A stretch of DNA of 64,000 nucleotides. It comes from Candidatus Heimdallarchaeota archaeon. GTDB taxonomy: Archaea > Asgardarchaeota > Heimdallarchaeia > JABLTI01. The stretch spans positions 1,489-65,488 of the forward strand of contig DXJV01000084.1 of assembly GCA_019056785.1 (NCBI GenBank), given 5' to 3'. Each line of letters opens with the position of its first letter. The first letter of the stretch is position 1. Under the pieces are notes generated by a model. That model ran no database searches. It was given only the letters and a program-made list of their open reading frames with translations, and was not told where the DNA came from. Shown piece by piece: positions 17,772 to 25,623 of the stretch. A program made the position numbers and the translations under genes.

Positions 17772-18329
17772 ATGAAAAACAACAAGAGAACCTATATACT
17801 CCCAGAAGAACTGCGAGAAGAACTCAAAAAGCCCCTTGGAACTTTGCTTGTTGACATGCCAACAAAAGCATTAATTGAGATTGTGGCGGAAAGCCAACCC
17901 CCTTGTGTTGTAATGGTTGGAGATTTTTGTTTTCATGAGGCAATAAAGCAAAAGTTCATCCCGACAATTGCAATTATTGACGGATTAAACTTACGGAAGC
18001 CTTACCAAGAATTCTCAATCGCAAACGCAACAATAATAAAGGCAAAAAATCCACCAGCAACTATAACAGAAGATGCTTGGCAAGCTATTAAAAAAGCTTT
18101 TAAAAGGCAACAAAAGAAAAAAAGCAGAAAAACGGAAAAAGAACTAACAGTTCTTGTGATAGATGGTGAAGAAGACTTATTAGTCCTGCCAGCAGTCATC
18201 GAAGCACCATTGAATGCGATAATTACTTACGGCCAACCTTATGAAGGTTTGGTATTAATAAAAGTAACAACAAACGTTAAATTAAAATGCAAAAAGCTTA
18301 TCGAACGAATGAAGGTTGAAAAGCAATGA
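17772..18329 (+). CDS. DUF359 / COG1909 protein (GTP-dependent dephospho-CoA kinase family)
   Basis: VMVGDFC and VIDGEEDLLVLPAV motifs. Conserved rpoE-spt4-DUF359-rps24e synteny, with a 4-nt ATGA overlap onto rps24e. Confidence 0.7.
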   Translation: MKNNKRTYILPEELREELKKPLGTLLVDMPTKALIEIVAESQPPCVVMVGDFCFHEAIKQKFIPTIAIIDGLNLRKPYQEFSIANATIIKAKNPPATITEDAWQAIKKAFKRQQKKKSRKTEKELTVLVIDGEEDLLVLPAVIEAPLNAIITYGQPYEGLVLIKVTTNVKLKCKKLIERMKVEKQ

Positions 18330-18619
18330 ACATTAAAATTGTTGAAAAAAAGACTAATAAATTACTAGATCGGACAGAAGTACGTTTCATTGTAATAGCT
18401 GATGCTGAAACGCCAAAACGGCTTGATGTGAAAAGCAAACTAGCTGCTATGATCAATCATGACGAAAACCTGGTTGTTATAAAAGGATTATTTCAAAGCA
18501 CCGGCTCAAAAACAAGCAAAGGCATTGCTCATGTATATAAATCAAAAGAGACCATGGAACGACTCGAGCCAGAGCACTTGCTAAAAAGAAACATGCCGAA
18601 AGCAGAAGAGAAACAATAA
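18326..18619 (+). CDS. rps24e: ribosomal protein eS24 (S24e)
   Basis: MNIKIVEKKTNKLLDRTEVRF...IAHVYKSKE..LEPEHLLKRN. Confidence 0.9.
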   Translation: MNIKIVEKKTNKLLDRTEVRFIVIADAETPKRLDVKSKLAAMINHDENLVVIKGLFQSTGSKTSKGIAHVYKSKETMERLEPEHLLKRNMPKAEEKQ

Positions 18620-18649
18620 GAAACAGAGTAAAAAAGAGGTAAGAATAAA

Positions 18650-18826
18650 ATGCCAAAAGAAAGAAATCAAGAAGTTTGGAAATACTACAAAGTCGATAAA
18701 TCAGGGATAAAACGATTACGCAAAGAATGCCCAAGATGCAAAGGATCATTTTTAGCCGAACATAAAGATCGACGACATTGTGGCAATTGCGGGTATACAG
18801 AATTCAAAACAAAAGATCAAAAATAA
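18650..18826 (+). CDS. rps27ae: ribosomal protein eS31 (S27ae), 58 aa, no ubiquitin moiety (below the ORF-track cutoff)
   Basis: Translates to [58 protein letters not shown], with a CxxC..CxxC ribbon. Sits after rps24e. Confidence 0.85.
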   Translation: MPKERNQEVWKYYKVDKSGIKRLRKECPRCKGSFLAEHKDRRHCGNCGYTEFKTKDQK

Positions 18827-18962
18827 GTGCAAAAAAGACTTTTTCGAGAGCAATTTTACACTTTGAGGGGTAGATAGTCTATTTACTTTTACCTCCTAGT
18901 TTTGAAAGGAGTTAATATTAATTACTATTAACGGCAACAATAGTTGAAACGTGGTCGATGAA

Positions 18963-19604
18963 ATGGTCAATCTCACAGCCGATTTTCGTGGAGCAGAATC
19001 GAAGTTATTTAAAAAAGTGTGGTTTAACTTACCGGCAGTATTCAAGGTCCGAATTCCGAAAGCCTACCGGATCAAAGAATTAGATGATTATTTTAGAAAG
19101 CAAAGAACCATCCACGAAGCACGGCTTCTTATTAAAGCAAAGGCAGCAGGTGTTCGTGTTCCCATTATTTATGAGATCGATCTGCAAAATGCCACCTTAA
19201 TTTTAGAGTTTATAAATGGAGAGATTCTTAAAACAGCTTTACCTAAAATGGCAATGAAAGAAAGAAAACGTACTTGCCACCAACTTGGTGAAGACATAGG
19301 GCGCTTGCATGCTAAGGGGATTATTCATGGAGACCTTACCACCTCAAATATCATTAAAATTGATACCAAAAAACAAATCGGCTTTATTGATTTTGGATTG
19401 GGCTTTTTTTCAGACAAAGAGGAAGATTTCGGTGTTGATTTTTATCTTTTTAAGAAGGCAATGGAAAACACACATGCAGAGTTTTTCGCGGAGGCATGGC
19501 CAGAAATTGTGGATGGCTATAAAAAAACAGCACCATTTGGGAAAACAATTGAGAAAAAAATGAAAGAAATTGCCTCACGAGGGAGATACTCAGAGCGTAT
19601 TTGA
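18963..19604 (+). CDS. bud32: Bud32/PRPK atypical kinase (KEOPS subunit)
   Basis: GAESKLF, EARLLIKAKAAGVRVP, IIHGDLTTSNII and IDFGL. The ORF opens at GTG 18951. Confidence 0.85.
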   Translation: MVNLTADFRGAESKLFKKVWFNLPAVFKVRIPKAYRIKELDDYFRKQRTIHEARLLIKAKAAGVRVPIIYEIDLQNATLILEFINGEILKTALPKMAMKERKRTCHQLGEDIGRLHAKGIIHGDLTTSNIIKIDTKKQIGFIDFGLGFFSDKEEDFGVDFYLFKKAMENTHAEFFAEAWPEIVDGYKKTAPFGKTIEKKMKEIASRGRYSERI

Positions 19605-19621
19605 ACATCCACTGACCAAAT

Positions 19622-20293
19622 TTATAAGAGAAGGCGACGATGCCAACAAACCACCATTGCCCAAGCCAGATAAGGGTCTATTGTAGAAGAAGAGATGTTT
19701 AAAATGAAACCGCCTTTTCTTGTTATTGAGAAAAGTATCTCTTCAACGTTTGAGGGATTTACAACTGTTAGAGTCCTTAATAATTGTAAGGATTTTGAAG
19801 AGTCGGTTGATTTTTGAGTGCCAAGAAGAGCACCTTCATAATCTTGTATTTCCCAAGAATTATTGGCAACTGTAAACCGGATTTCTCCCCGCAAGTTGCG
19901 TCCGAGATCATAAACTTGCCATAGCGCATCTGCACTTTTAAGGGCATTCTCTTTTCGGCTGTCAACAGAGCCGATAATTCGATTTATATCATTAAGGAAA
20001 ACAAATCGAATAGGAAAGGCCTTTTTGCCCAGATATTTTGACAGGTCACGTTTTTCGATGGAAGCGATCCGAGAACCAAGCTTATTATAGACAATATAAT
20101 TGAATTTTTGGGCAGTGAATTTATAATCCGATAATTTCAGGACAGGGACTAGTTTGCGCTCTGCTGTTTTTGTCTCGGTTTGAAATCGTGAACACGATGA
20201 ACAAAAATAATCGTCATATATCTTAATATACTCTGCTTTTTCTTGGCAGAATTTGCAGCTAATTTTTCTTTTCTTAGAACCAAAAGTAGGCAA
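19622..20293 (-). CDS. N-terminal zinc ribbon fused to a tubby/LOR (DUF567, scramblase-like) barrel
   Basis: CKFCQEK..CSSCSRF at the N-terminus. Then YIVYNKLGSRIASIEKR, WQVYDLGRNLRGEI, and C-terminal FILNISSSTIDPYLAWAMVVCWH, which resembles the LOR C-terminal helix motif. TTG start. Confidence 0.45.
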   Translation of the reverse strand: MPTFGSKKRKISCKFCQEKAEYIKIYDDYFCSSCSRFQTETKTAERKLVPVLKLSDYKFTAQKFNYIVYNKLGSRIASIEKRDLSKYLGKKAFPIRFVFLNDINRIIGSVDSRKENALKSADALWQVYDLGRNLRGEIRFTVANNSWEIQDYEGALLGTQKSTDSSKSLQLLRTLTVVNPSNVEEILFSITRKGGFILNISSSTIDPYLAWAMVVCWHRRLLL

Positions 20294-20489
20294 CCAGTCT
20301 ACACCTCATCTTTTTTCTTATTTTATATAACCAGTTAAGGATATTTGATAATGTTCTTCCTATGAAGCAAACTTAAACGGTACAACAACCTTAAAAAAAC
20401 TAACCTTTTAACAAAACGAGTTTTTTCTTTGAAGAGATGAAAGGAAAAAAAGAAAATAAAGAAACAGCGTGATCCAACTCTGTCAGATC

Positions 20490-21213
20490 CTAATTTCGCT
20501 TCTTCTTTCTAATAGAGATAGTGATTAATGCAGTAGTTTCGGTTCCAAGAGCGAAATACAACCAATTTGTGAAACCGAAAAGAGAAGTTGGAATTATCTG
20601 GCTCATCGGAGGAAGTGCTAAGACAATTGAAAGTTGATAATTTCCATCACCACTTTGTTTGGCTACTGTGATATACCAATATCCTGAAACATCAACCACA
20701 AAAGCAATAGATTTTGGGAAGCCACTTACGGTGTTATTTTCTACCTCAATAAGGAGGGGCTAGCCAAGGAGAGAGTAAATTCAACGCCAGTATCTCTAAC
20801 TAAATTTACAGCAAGTATGGTTGCTTTTTCAACCAATAGCTTCTGCAGTCTCACTATTAGGGACCTCAAATCATAAGTTGTGTTCCAAGAAGTAAATCAA
20901 ACAATATTAAATTATGAGTCAAGTTCAAACAAAGAATTCTTAACAATGGAGGTACTTTGAGAAGCAGGGACGTTATTACCTTGAATAAAGATGAGAGAGT
21001 ATTCCCGGAAGAAACTTTAGTTAGAAAAGTTATTCAATCTAAATAACCATTTAGATAAGTCCAACTTGAAGCGGTATCACTATAAGCTTTGGTTGAGAGG
21101 AGGGGATACGACTCATTCTGCGTTAAAACTTGTGCACCAATAAAAATTGGACCAAGAATCAAAGCTAAAATGTAGGAAATAAAACCATTCGCTTCAAAAA
21201 ATTTACACCTCAA
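20490..21213 (-). pseudogene. frame-disrupted remnant of a secreted, C-terminally anchored surface protein
   Basis: TTG at 21213 opens MRCKFFEANGFISYILALILGPIFIGAQVLTQNES.. (signal-peptide-like) and stops at TGA 21036..21034. The 3' frame, open from 20760, reads LIEVENNTVSGFPKSIAFVVDVSGYWYITVAKQSGDGNYQLSIVLA, followed by a TM segment and RKKKRN. The middle is split over other frames, and the track has no ORF of 60 aa or more between 20700 and 21455. Confidence 0.45.
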
Positions 21214-21455
21214 ATATAAAATCGTTTAGATCTTTAAATTACAACACTAATAGAATTAATTTTAATTTTGAACTTGAATTGTTTGGGGAAAGTACTTCTT
21301 ATTAGAAAGAGCTCGAATAAAACAATGAAAAGGGGCATAATCCCAAGAACAAGAATTTTTAAGAGAGAAGAATAATCCTTATAAAAACAACTTTTTTAAA
21401 GCCTAAGGAAACTCAACTTTAGTTACTTGATACGTTTAAAACAGAGGAAAGCCCT

Positions 21456-21800
21456 ATGAGTCAAGAAGACTATGACGAAGAGTTCGATGAAGAAGAAGAA
21501 TGGGAATACTTTGAAGTTGAGGAAAAAGAGGCCTTCAAAGACAGGGTATCCATTTGGGACATTATTAAACTAGTACTTTTATTTGGGTTCTTTGCTCTCT
21601 TCTTTGTCTACTTTAGATTTTGGGATGTATTTGCTGGCTGGTTAGCTTTTGGCAATGAAAATCCAGAAATAGGCTATTCAAGATTAATATATTTAACATT
21701 AGTATTATTCCCTGTTGCAGCATCCTTTTTCTTGGTAGAGCTTGTGAAAGTTTCAAAAACATTGTTTATTCCAAAGAAAGAAACGGCTGACAAAGAATAA
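21456..21800 (+). CDS. small membrane protein with a very acidic N-terminus
   Basis: MSQEDYDEEFDEEEEWEYFEVEEKE followed by hydrophobic segments (LVLLFGFFALFFVYF, LIYLTLVLFPVAASFFLV). Confidence 0.55.
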   Translation: MSQEDYDEEFDEEEEWEYFEVEEKEAFKDRVSIWDIIKLVLLFGFFALFFVYFRFWDVFAGWLAFGNENPEIGYSRLIYLTLVLFPVAASFFLVELVKVSKTLFIPKKETADKE

Positions 21801-21837
21801 AAAGAGAAGAAAAGTGGAACTGGAAGTTTGGAGAGAG

Positions 21838-22395
21838 TCATTTAACCTTTTTTTCCTTAGTTCTAATCTTCGAAATGGCTTCTTCCACCAACCAAGACCA
21901 ATAAGCTGCGAGGGCTTTTTCGCCCCAGTTGAAACCATTGTTGCGCAACAAATTACGAATGTAGATACCAACCCCGCCTTTTTGTTTTATACCCCACAAG
22001 TTTCCTTCAGATTCCATTAATCCTTCTACTTTTTTAATAAAGGGTTCTTCTAAGTTTTCCATTAAGAATTTGACAGCTTGCTCCCAAGTTTTTTTGTTGA
22101 TCTTTTTACCATCGTCACGAGGAAGCCGGGTTTTAATCTTGGTTTTAATAACATCATTTGCTAATTCCGTGCCAATCTGTGTCAATGTAGCATACAAATT
22201 TTGGCGCATAATAGGATTATCTTCACGGGTGAGTAATTCTGCCAAAGGTTCCACAAAGCGGTCATCTCCCTTCTCACCGAGAAAGCTAAATAATTCTTCA
22301 CGTTCTTTAGGGTCTTTTTGACTCAAGATTTGTTCAATCATTTTATTATATTCGAAATCACTCATGGCTAGTCCCTCAGAAGGTTTTCTCGACAA
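21838..22395 (-). CDS. hypothetical protein with an N-terminal HEAT-like repeat
   Basis: DDRFVEPLAELLTREDNPIMRQNLYATLTQIG is HEAT/PBS-lyase-like. The C-terminal GGVGIYIRNLLRNNGFNWGEKALAAYWSWLVEEAI is unassigned. Confidence 0.5.
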   Translation of the reverse strand: MSRKPSEGLAMSDFEYNKMIEQILSQKDPKEREELFSFLGEKGDDRFVEPLAELLTREDNPIMRQNLYATLTQIGTELANDVIKTKIKTRLPRDDGKKINKKTWEQAVKFLMENLEEPFIKKVEGLMESEGNLWGIKQKGGVGIYIRNLLRNNGFNWGEKALAAYWSWLVEEAISKIRTKEKKVK

Positions 22396-22474
22396 AATTA
22401 ATGAGGTAATATATTGTTACTCATTTGAAGTATATAAAACATTTTCAAAAAAAAGAGTAGTTGAGAGTAACAAT

Positions 22475-23161
22475 TCATTGTTTCTTTGAAAGATTTTTAA
22501 CGCCTTTTAAAACAGCACCCAGAAATTTGGTCCCTGTAAGAATTGCATCTTTAAAGTCGGCATTTTCTAAAATTGCACCAGACAAGTCAGCGTTTTCCAA
22601 GTTAGCCTTGATAAGGCGGGCTTCCTTTAATAAAGCGTTTTTCAAAATTGCGCCGGAGAGGTTAGTTTGCCGGAGAGAGCTAAATTGCATATTACAATAA
22701 GTGAAGTCACAATTAGACAAATCGCTGTAATCAAGGTTAGCAAGTGACAATTTTGAGCCCGTGAATTTTGCTCCGTGGCCTTTTACTTCATAGAAACTAC
22801 TGTTACTTAAATCACATTTTGTGAAATTTGCTCGTTCAATGATTGCATCATCTAGAACAACATCAGGCAAAAGAGCTTCTTGAAAATCGGCGTCAGAGAG
22901 ATTTGCTTTGGCGAGATTTGCCTCCTCGAGTTTAGCTTTCTTTAAAGATGCTTTAATAAGTGATGCGCCTTCTAATTTTGCTGCGTCTAAACAAGCACCA
23001 TCTAAAATTGCGCCGTCTAATTTTGCATTAGTTAAATCGGCATCGAAAAAGTCAACATTGGTTAGGTCAGCCTTGGATAGATCTACACCTTCTAAATTTG
23101 ATGAACAATATGCATGCAAGTCTTCTGCCAGCTTTGCTAAGATTTCGTCTCTTGTTGGCAT
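22475..23161 (-). CDS. pentapeptide-repeat protein
   Basis: Continuous A(D/N)LxX repeats: ADLTNVDFFDADLTNAKLDGAILDGACLDAAKLEGASLIKASL... Confidence 0.9.
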   Translation of the reverse strand: MPTRDEILAKLAEDLHAYCSSNLEGVDLSKADLTNVDFFDADLTNAKLDGAILDGACLDAAKLEGASLIKASLKKAKLEEANLAKANLSDADFQEALLPDVVLDDAIIERANFTKCDLSNSSFYEVKGHGAKFTGSKLSLANLDYSDLSNCDFTYCNMQFSSLRQTNLSGAILKNALLKEARLIKANLENADLSGAILENADFKDAILTGTKFLGAVLKGVKNLSKKQ

Positions 23162-23322
23162 TCTAATCTCCTAACGAATTTGCACGTTAAAAAAAATAAT
23201 CCTCTATAAGAATGTTATTTGTTGTTTGAGTTTATTGTTTTAAAAAGAAAATTTCAGAGAAACAATATAGTAGTAACACATGGAAATAGCTGAAAAAACA
23301 AGATTAGTATGAGTGTGAAGAA

Positions 23323-24096
23323 ATGATTCAGAAAGAACACAAACAGCAAAGAACCGTCGAGTTGACTGAAGAAGAGGTCAGGAGACTAATTAAACTAAAA
23401 TTGGAAAAGAAAATTGCTCAGTTACCTTACGGCTTTTGGAGGTGTAAGAACGGCAAAGAACATGCAAAAATTGCCATTAAATATTTAATAGAAGAACATT
23501 TAAAAATCGCCGTCGTAGACATCCCAAAAAAAATCAGTGGAAAAACATTTCACGAAACAGGTCTCTTTCGAATTTTAGTTGAATTTTATGATTCTTCCTA
23601 CTTCAAAGCAATTGATAATGTCTACCCTGGCCGGTTTAAACCATGGGAATTCGCCAAGGGAATGACTGGGATATGGGATGGCGAAGCAGGGAAGAAACGA
23701 GCGTTAGAAGCTATTACCTACATTATCAAAGATATGAATTTATCACAAGAGGAGATTCCAAAACGGGTTACTTATCAGGCCTTTATTGACTATGGATTAG
23801 GAGGAATGCTTCAAACATTGTTCAACAGCTCACCCTACTTGGCAATAAATGCTTTATTTCCCGGCAAATACAAACCTTGGGAGTTTAGCGTGAAAAAGTT
23901 CTGGCGAACAGCTTCACTGGAAACGGCTCGAGAAGCAACGAAATGGCTTGTAAAAGAAAAACTTGGTTTAGATAAAAGTCAGCTAAAGCAAGTCATGCGA
24001 AAGCATTTTCTGCAATACAACCTGGGCTTAATGTTGAAACATTTTTATAATAACTCTTACAAATTGGCTTTAGAGGACTTTCGCAATCGTTTTTAA
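23323..24096 (+). CDS. hypothetical protein made of three tandem ~75-aa repeats ending in (Y/F)PG(R/K)(F/Y)KPWEF
   Basis: Repeat ends are NVYPGRFKPWEF (aa ~99-110) and ALFPGKYKPWEF (aa ~177-188). The third copy ends YKLALEDFRNRF. All copies share a W..A..A..YLI..L and GL..ML..FYNSS core. Confidence 0.6.
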   Translation: MIQKEHKQQRTVELTEEEVRRLIKLKLEKKIAQLPYGFWRCKNGKEHAKIAIKYLIEEHLKIAVVDIPKKISGKTFHETGLFRILVEFYDSSYFKAIDNVYPGRFKPWEFAKGMTGIWDGEAGKKRALEAITYIIKDMNLSQEEIPKRVTYQAFIDYGLGGMLQTLFNSSPYLAINALFPGKYKPWEFSVKKFWRTASLETAREATKWLVKEKLGLDKSQLKQVMRKHFLQYNLGLMLKHFYNNSYKLALEDFRNRF

Positions 24097-24171
24097 TGAT
24101 GATACAAAAGTTTTCATATAGAACCCTCAGAATAAATAATAGTAATATTAAAGTCGAATGGAGAATAAAAT

Positions 24172-24588
24172 GTGAAGGAAAGATTACTTGACATCCTAGC
24201 ATGCCCCTATGACCAACACTGGCCCTTAGAGCTTTTTACTTTTGAAAAACGAGAATTGAAAAATAGCAAGGTCCCGAAAAAAAATGAGAAAACAGGTGTA
24301 GTCTGTTCGTTTTATTGTGCACGGAAAAAAACAATGTTGGGAGAAGAAAAATCTTCTCAAGCTGGAGAAGAGCAACCTAACTATGAAATAGATTGTCAAG
24401 AGTGTTTCTCCGAGGAAATAACTGCTGGAATACTCAAGTGCCCAAAATGTGAACAATATTACCCCATAATAAGTGAAATTGCGGTTATGGTGGCTCCAGA
24501 GCTACGAAAGGCAGAGGTTGAAAAGGAATTTACGGAAAAATGGGCTGAAAAAATAAAGAAAGCTCTTGAAGCACAAAAAGATGGGTAA
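24172..24588 (+). CDS. Trm112-like (DUF343) zinc-finger protein with a ~70-aa Cys-containing insertion
   Basis: LLDILACPYDQHWPLEL ... GILKCPKCEQYYPIISEIAVMV brackets an insert carrying CSFYC and CQEC. GTG start. Confidence 0.5.
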   Translation: MKERLLDILACPYDQHWPLELFTFEKRELKNSKVPKKNEKTGVVCSFYCARKKTMLGEEKSSQAGEEQPNYEIDCQECFSEEITAGILKCPKCEQYYPIISEIAVMVAPELRKAEVEKEFTEKWAEKIKKALEAQKDG

Positions 24589-24704
24589 AAAGAGAAGGGT
24601 TTTTAAGAAAATGCCACCAACAAAACATTATAATTATAAATCTTCTAGTTAAATGTATGATGGAACAATGGTATTAAGCGAATACAATGCGGGTGTAGGC
24701 AAAG

Positions 24705-24956
24705 GTGAACAGCGACTTATCCCAGAGAGATCCATTGGTAATCTTTCGATGCAAAAATAAACAATGTAAACACATCTTCACTCCATCAACAATCTTAATA
24801 GTTGAAGAGCAGAAATTGTTCTTCGAATGCCCCCTCTGTGGCTCGCGCTACGAAGCAAACTACATTCAAATCGCAGATAAACTCGACCACGAAATAATCA
24901 TGCTTCGTGAATGGCCACGACTAATCCATTTAGGAACGAGGATCGCAAGTTCCTAA
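24705..24956 (+). CDS. small zinc-ribbon protein (83 aa)
   Basis: FRCKNKQCKH ... ECPLCGSRY. GTG start, and the stop lies 10 nt before the GTPase ORF. Confidence 0.5.
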   Translation: MNSDLSQRDPLVIFRCKNKQCKHIFTPSTILIVEEQKLFFECPLCGSRYEANYIQIADKLDHEIIMLREWPRLIHLGTRIASS

Positions 24957-24966
24957 CAAGGCTAAT

Positions 24967-25524
24967 ATGAGGTCAAAAAATATGGCAGAAAAGAAAAGAA
25001 CGGAATCGTCGTTTATTTTCAAAGTATTATTAATAGGTGAAGCAGCCGTTGGAAAGACAAGTCTGACACTAAAATTTGTCCACGGAAAATTCAAGTCCGA
25101 TTATCTCCTTACTGTTGGAATGGAGCCATATAGTAAATATTTGAAAATTGGGAAAGACGTTGCGACATTATCCATATGGGACATTGCCGGGCAACAACGA
25201 TTCGATGTATTTCGTACCATGTTTTTCAAAGGAGCAAAGGCAGCGCTTCTTGTGTTTGACTTGACAAGGCCTCAAACATTAAACAAACTTGACGATTGGC
25301 ATGAAGACTTGATTAAGAATGCAGGCAAAGATGTTCTGAAAATTCTCGTGGGTAATAAAAACGACCTAGTTGATCTTAGAAGTGTCCCAAAAAAAGATGC
25401 AGTAGCTTTTGCAAAGAAAATCAATGCAATGGCCTATATCGAGACAAGTGCAAAAACAGGTGAGAATGTGAATGAATCATTCCACCAAATAACTACAAAG
25501 CTGATTGAGCGAGCGAAAAAATGA
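24967..25524 (+). CDS. Rab/Ras-like small GTPase
   Basis: G1 GEAAVGKTS, G3 WDIAGQQRF, G4 GNKNDL, G5 ETSAKTGENV. There is no C-terminal prenylation Cys. Alternative ATG at 24982. Confidence 0.9.
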   Translation: MRSKNMAEKKRTESSFIFKVLLIGEAAVGKTSLTLKFVHGKFKSDYLLTVGMEPYSKYLKIGKDVATLSIWDIAGQQRFDVFRTMFFKGAKAALLVFDLTRPQTLNKLDDWHEDLIKNAGKDVLKILVGNKNDLVDLRSVPKKDAVAFAKKINAMAYIETSAKTGENVNESFHQITTKLIERAKK

Positions 25525-25623
25525 ATTGAAATTCATTTCTCCTTGTTCTAAGCTTCCTAGATGGGCAGGAGCCCTTAATTTCGCAACTCTAAACTTTTAA
25601 GGAGAGAAGGATAGTGGTAACGC

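Noticed and set aside
21034-21036. In-frame TGA in the decayed surface-protein gene as selenocysteine or programmed recoding
   Set aside because: Several further stops and frame changes follow, and no SECIS-like hairpin was noticed. Decay or assembly error is the simpler explanation.
22461-23174. Plus-strand ORFs 22461..22700 and 22908..23174, together with many other 60-130 aa ORFs nested antisense in long genes (for example 236..439, 2642..3031, 15322..16160, 35553..35888, 49326..49783, 53188..53559, 55481..55783)
   Set aside because: They lie fully inside better-supported genes on the opposite strand and have skewed S/R/F-rich composition. They mirror the repeat structure of the host gene and are shadow ORFs.
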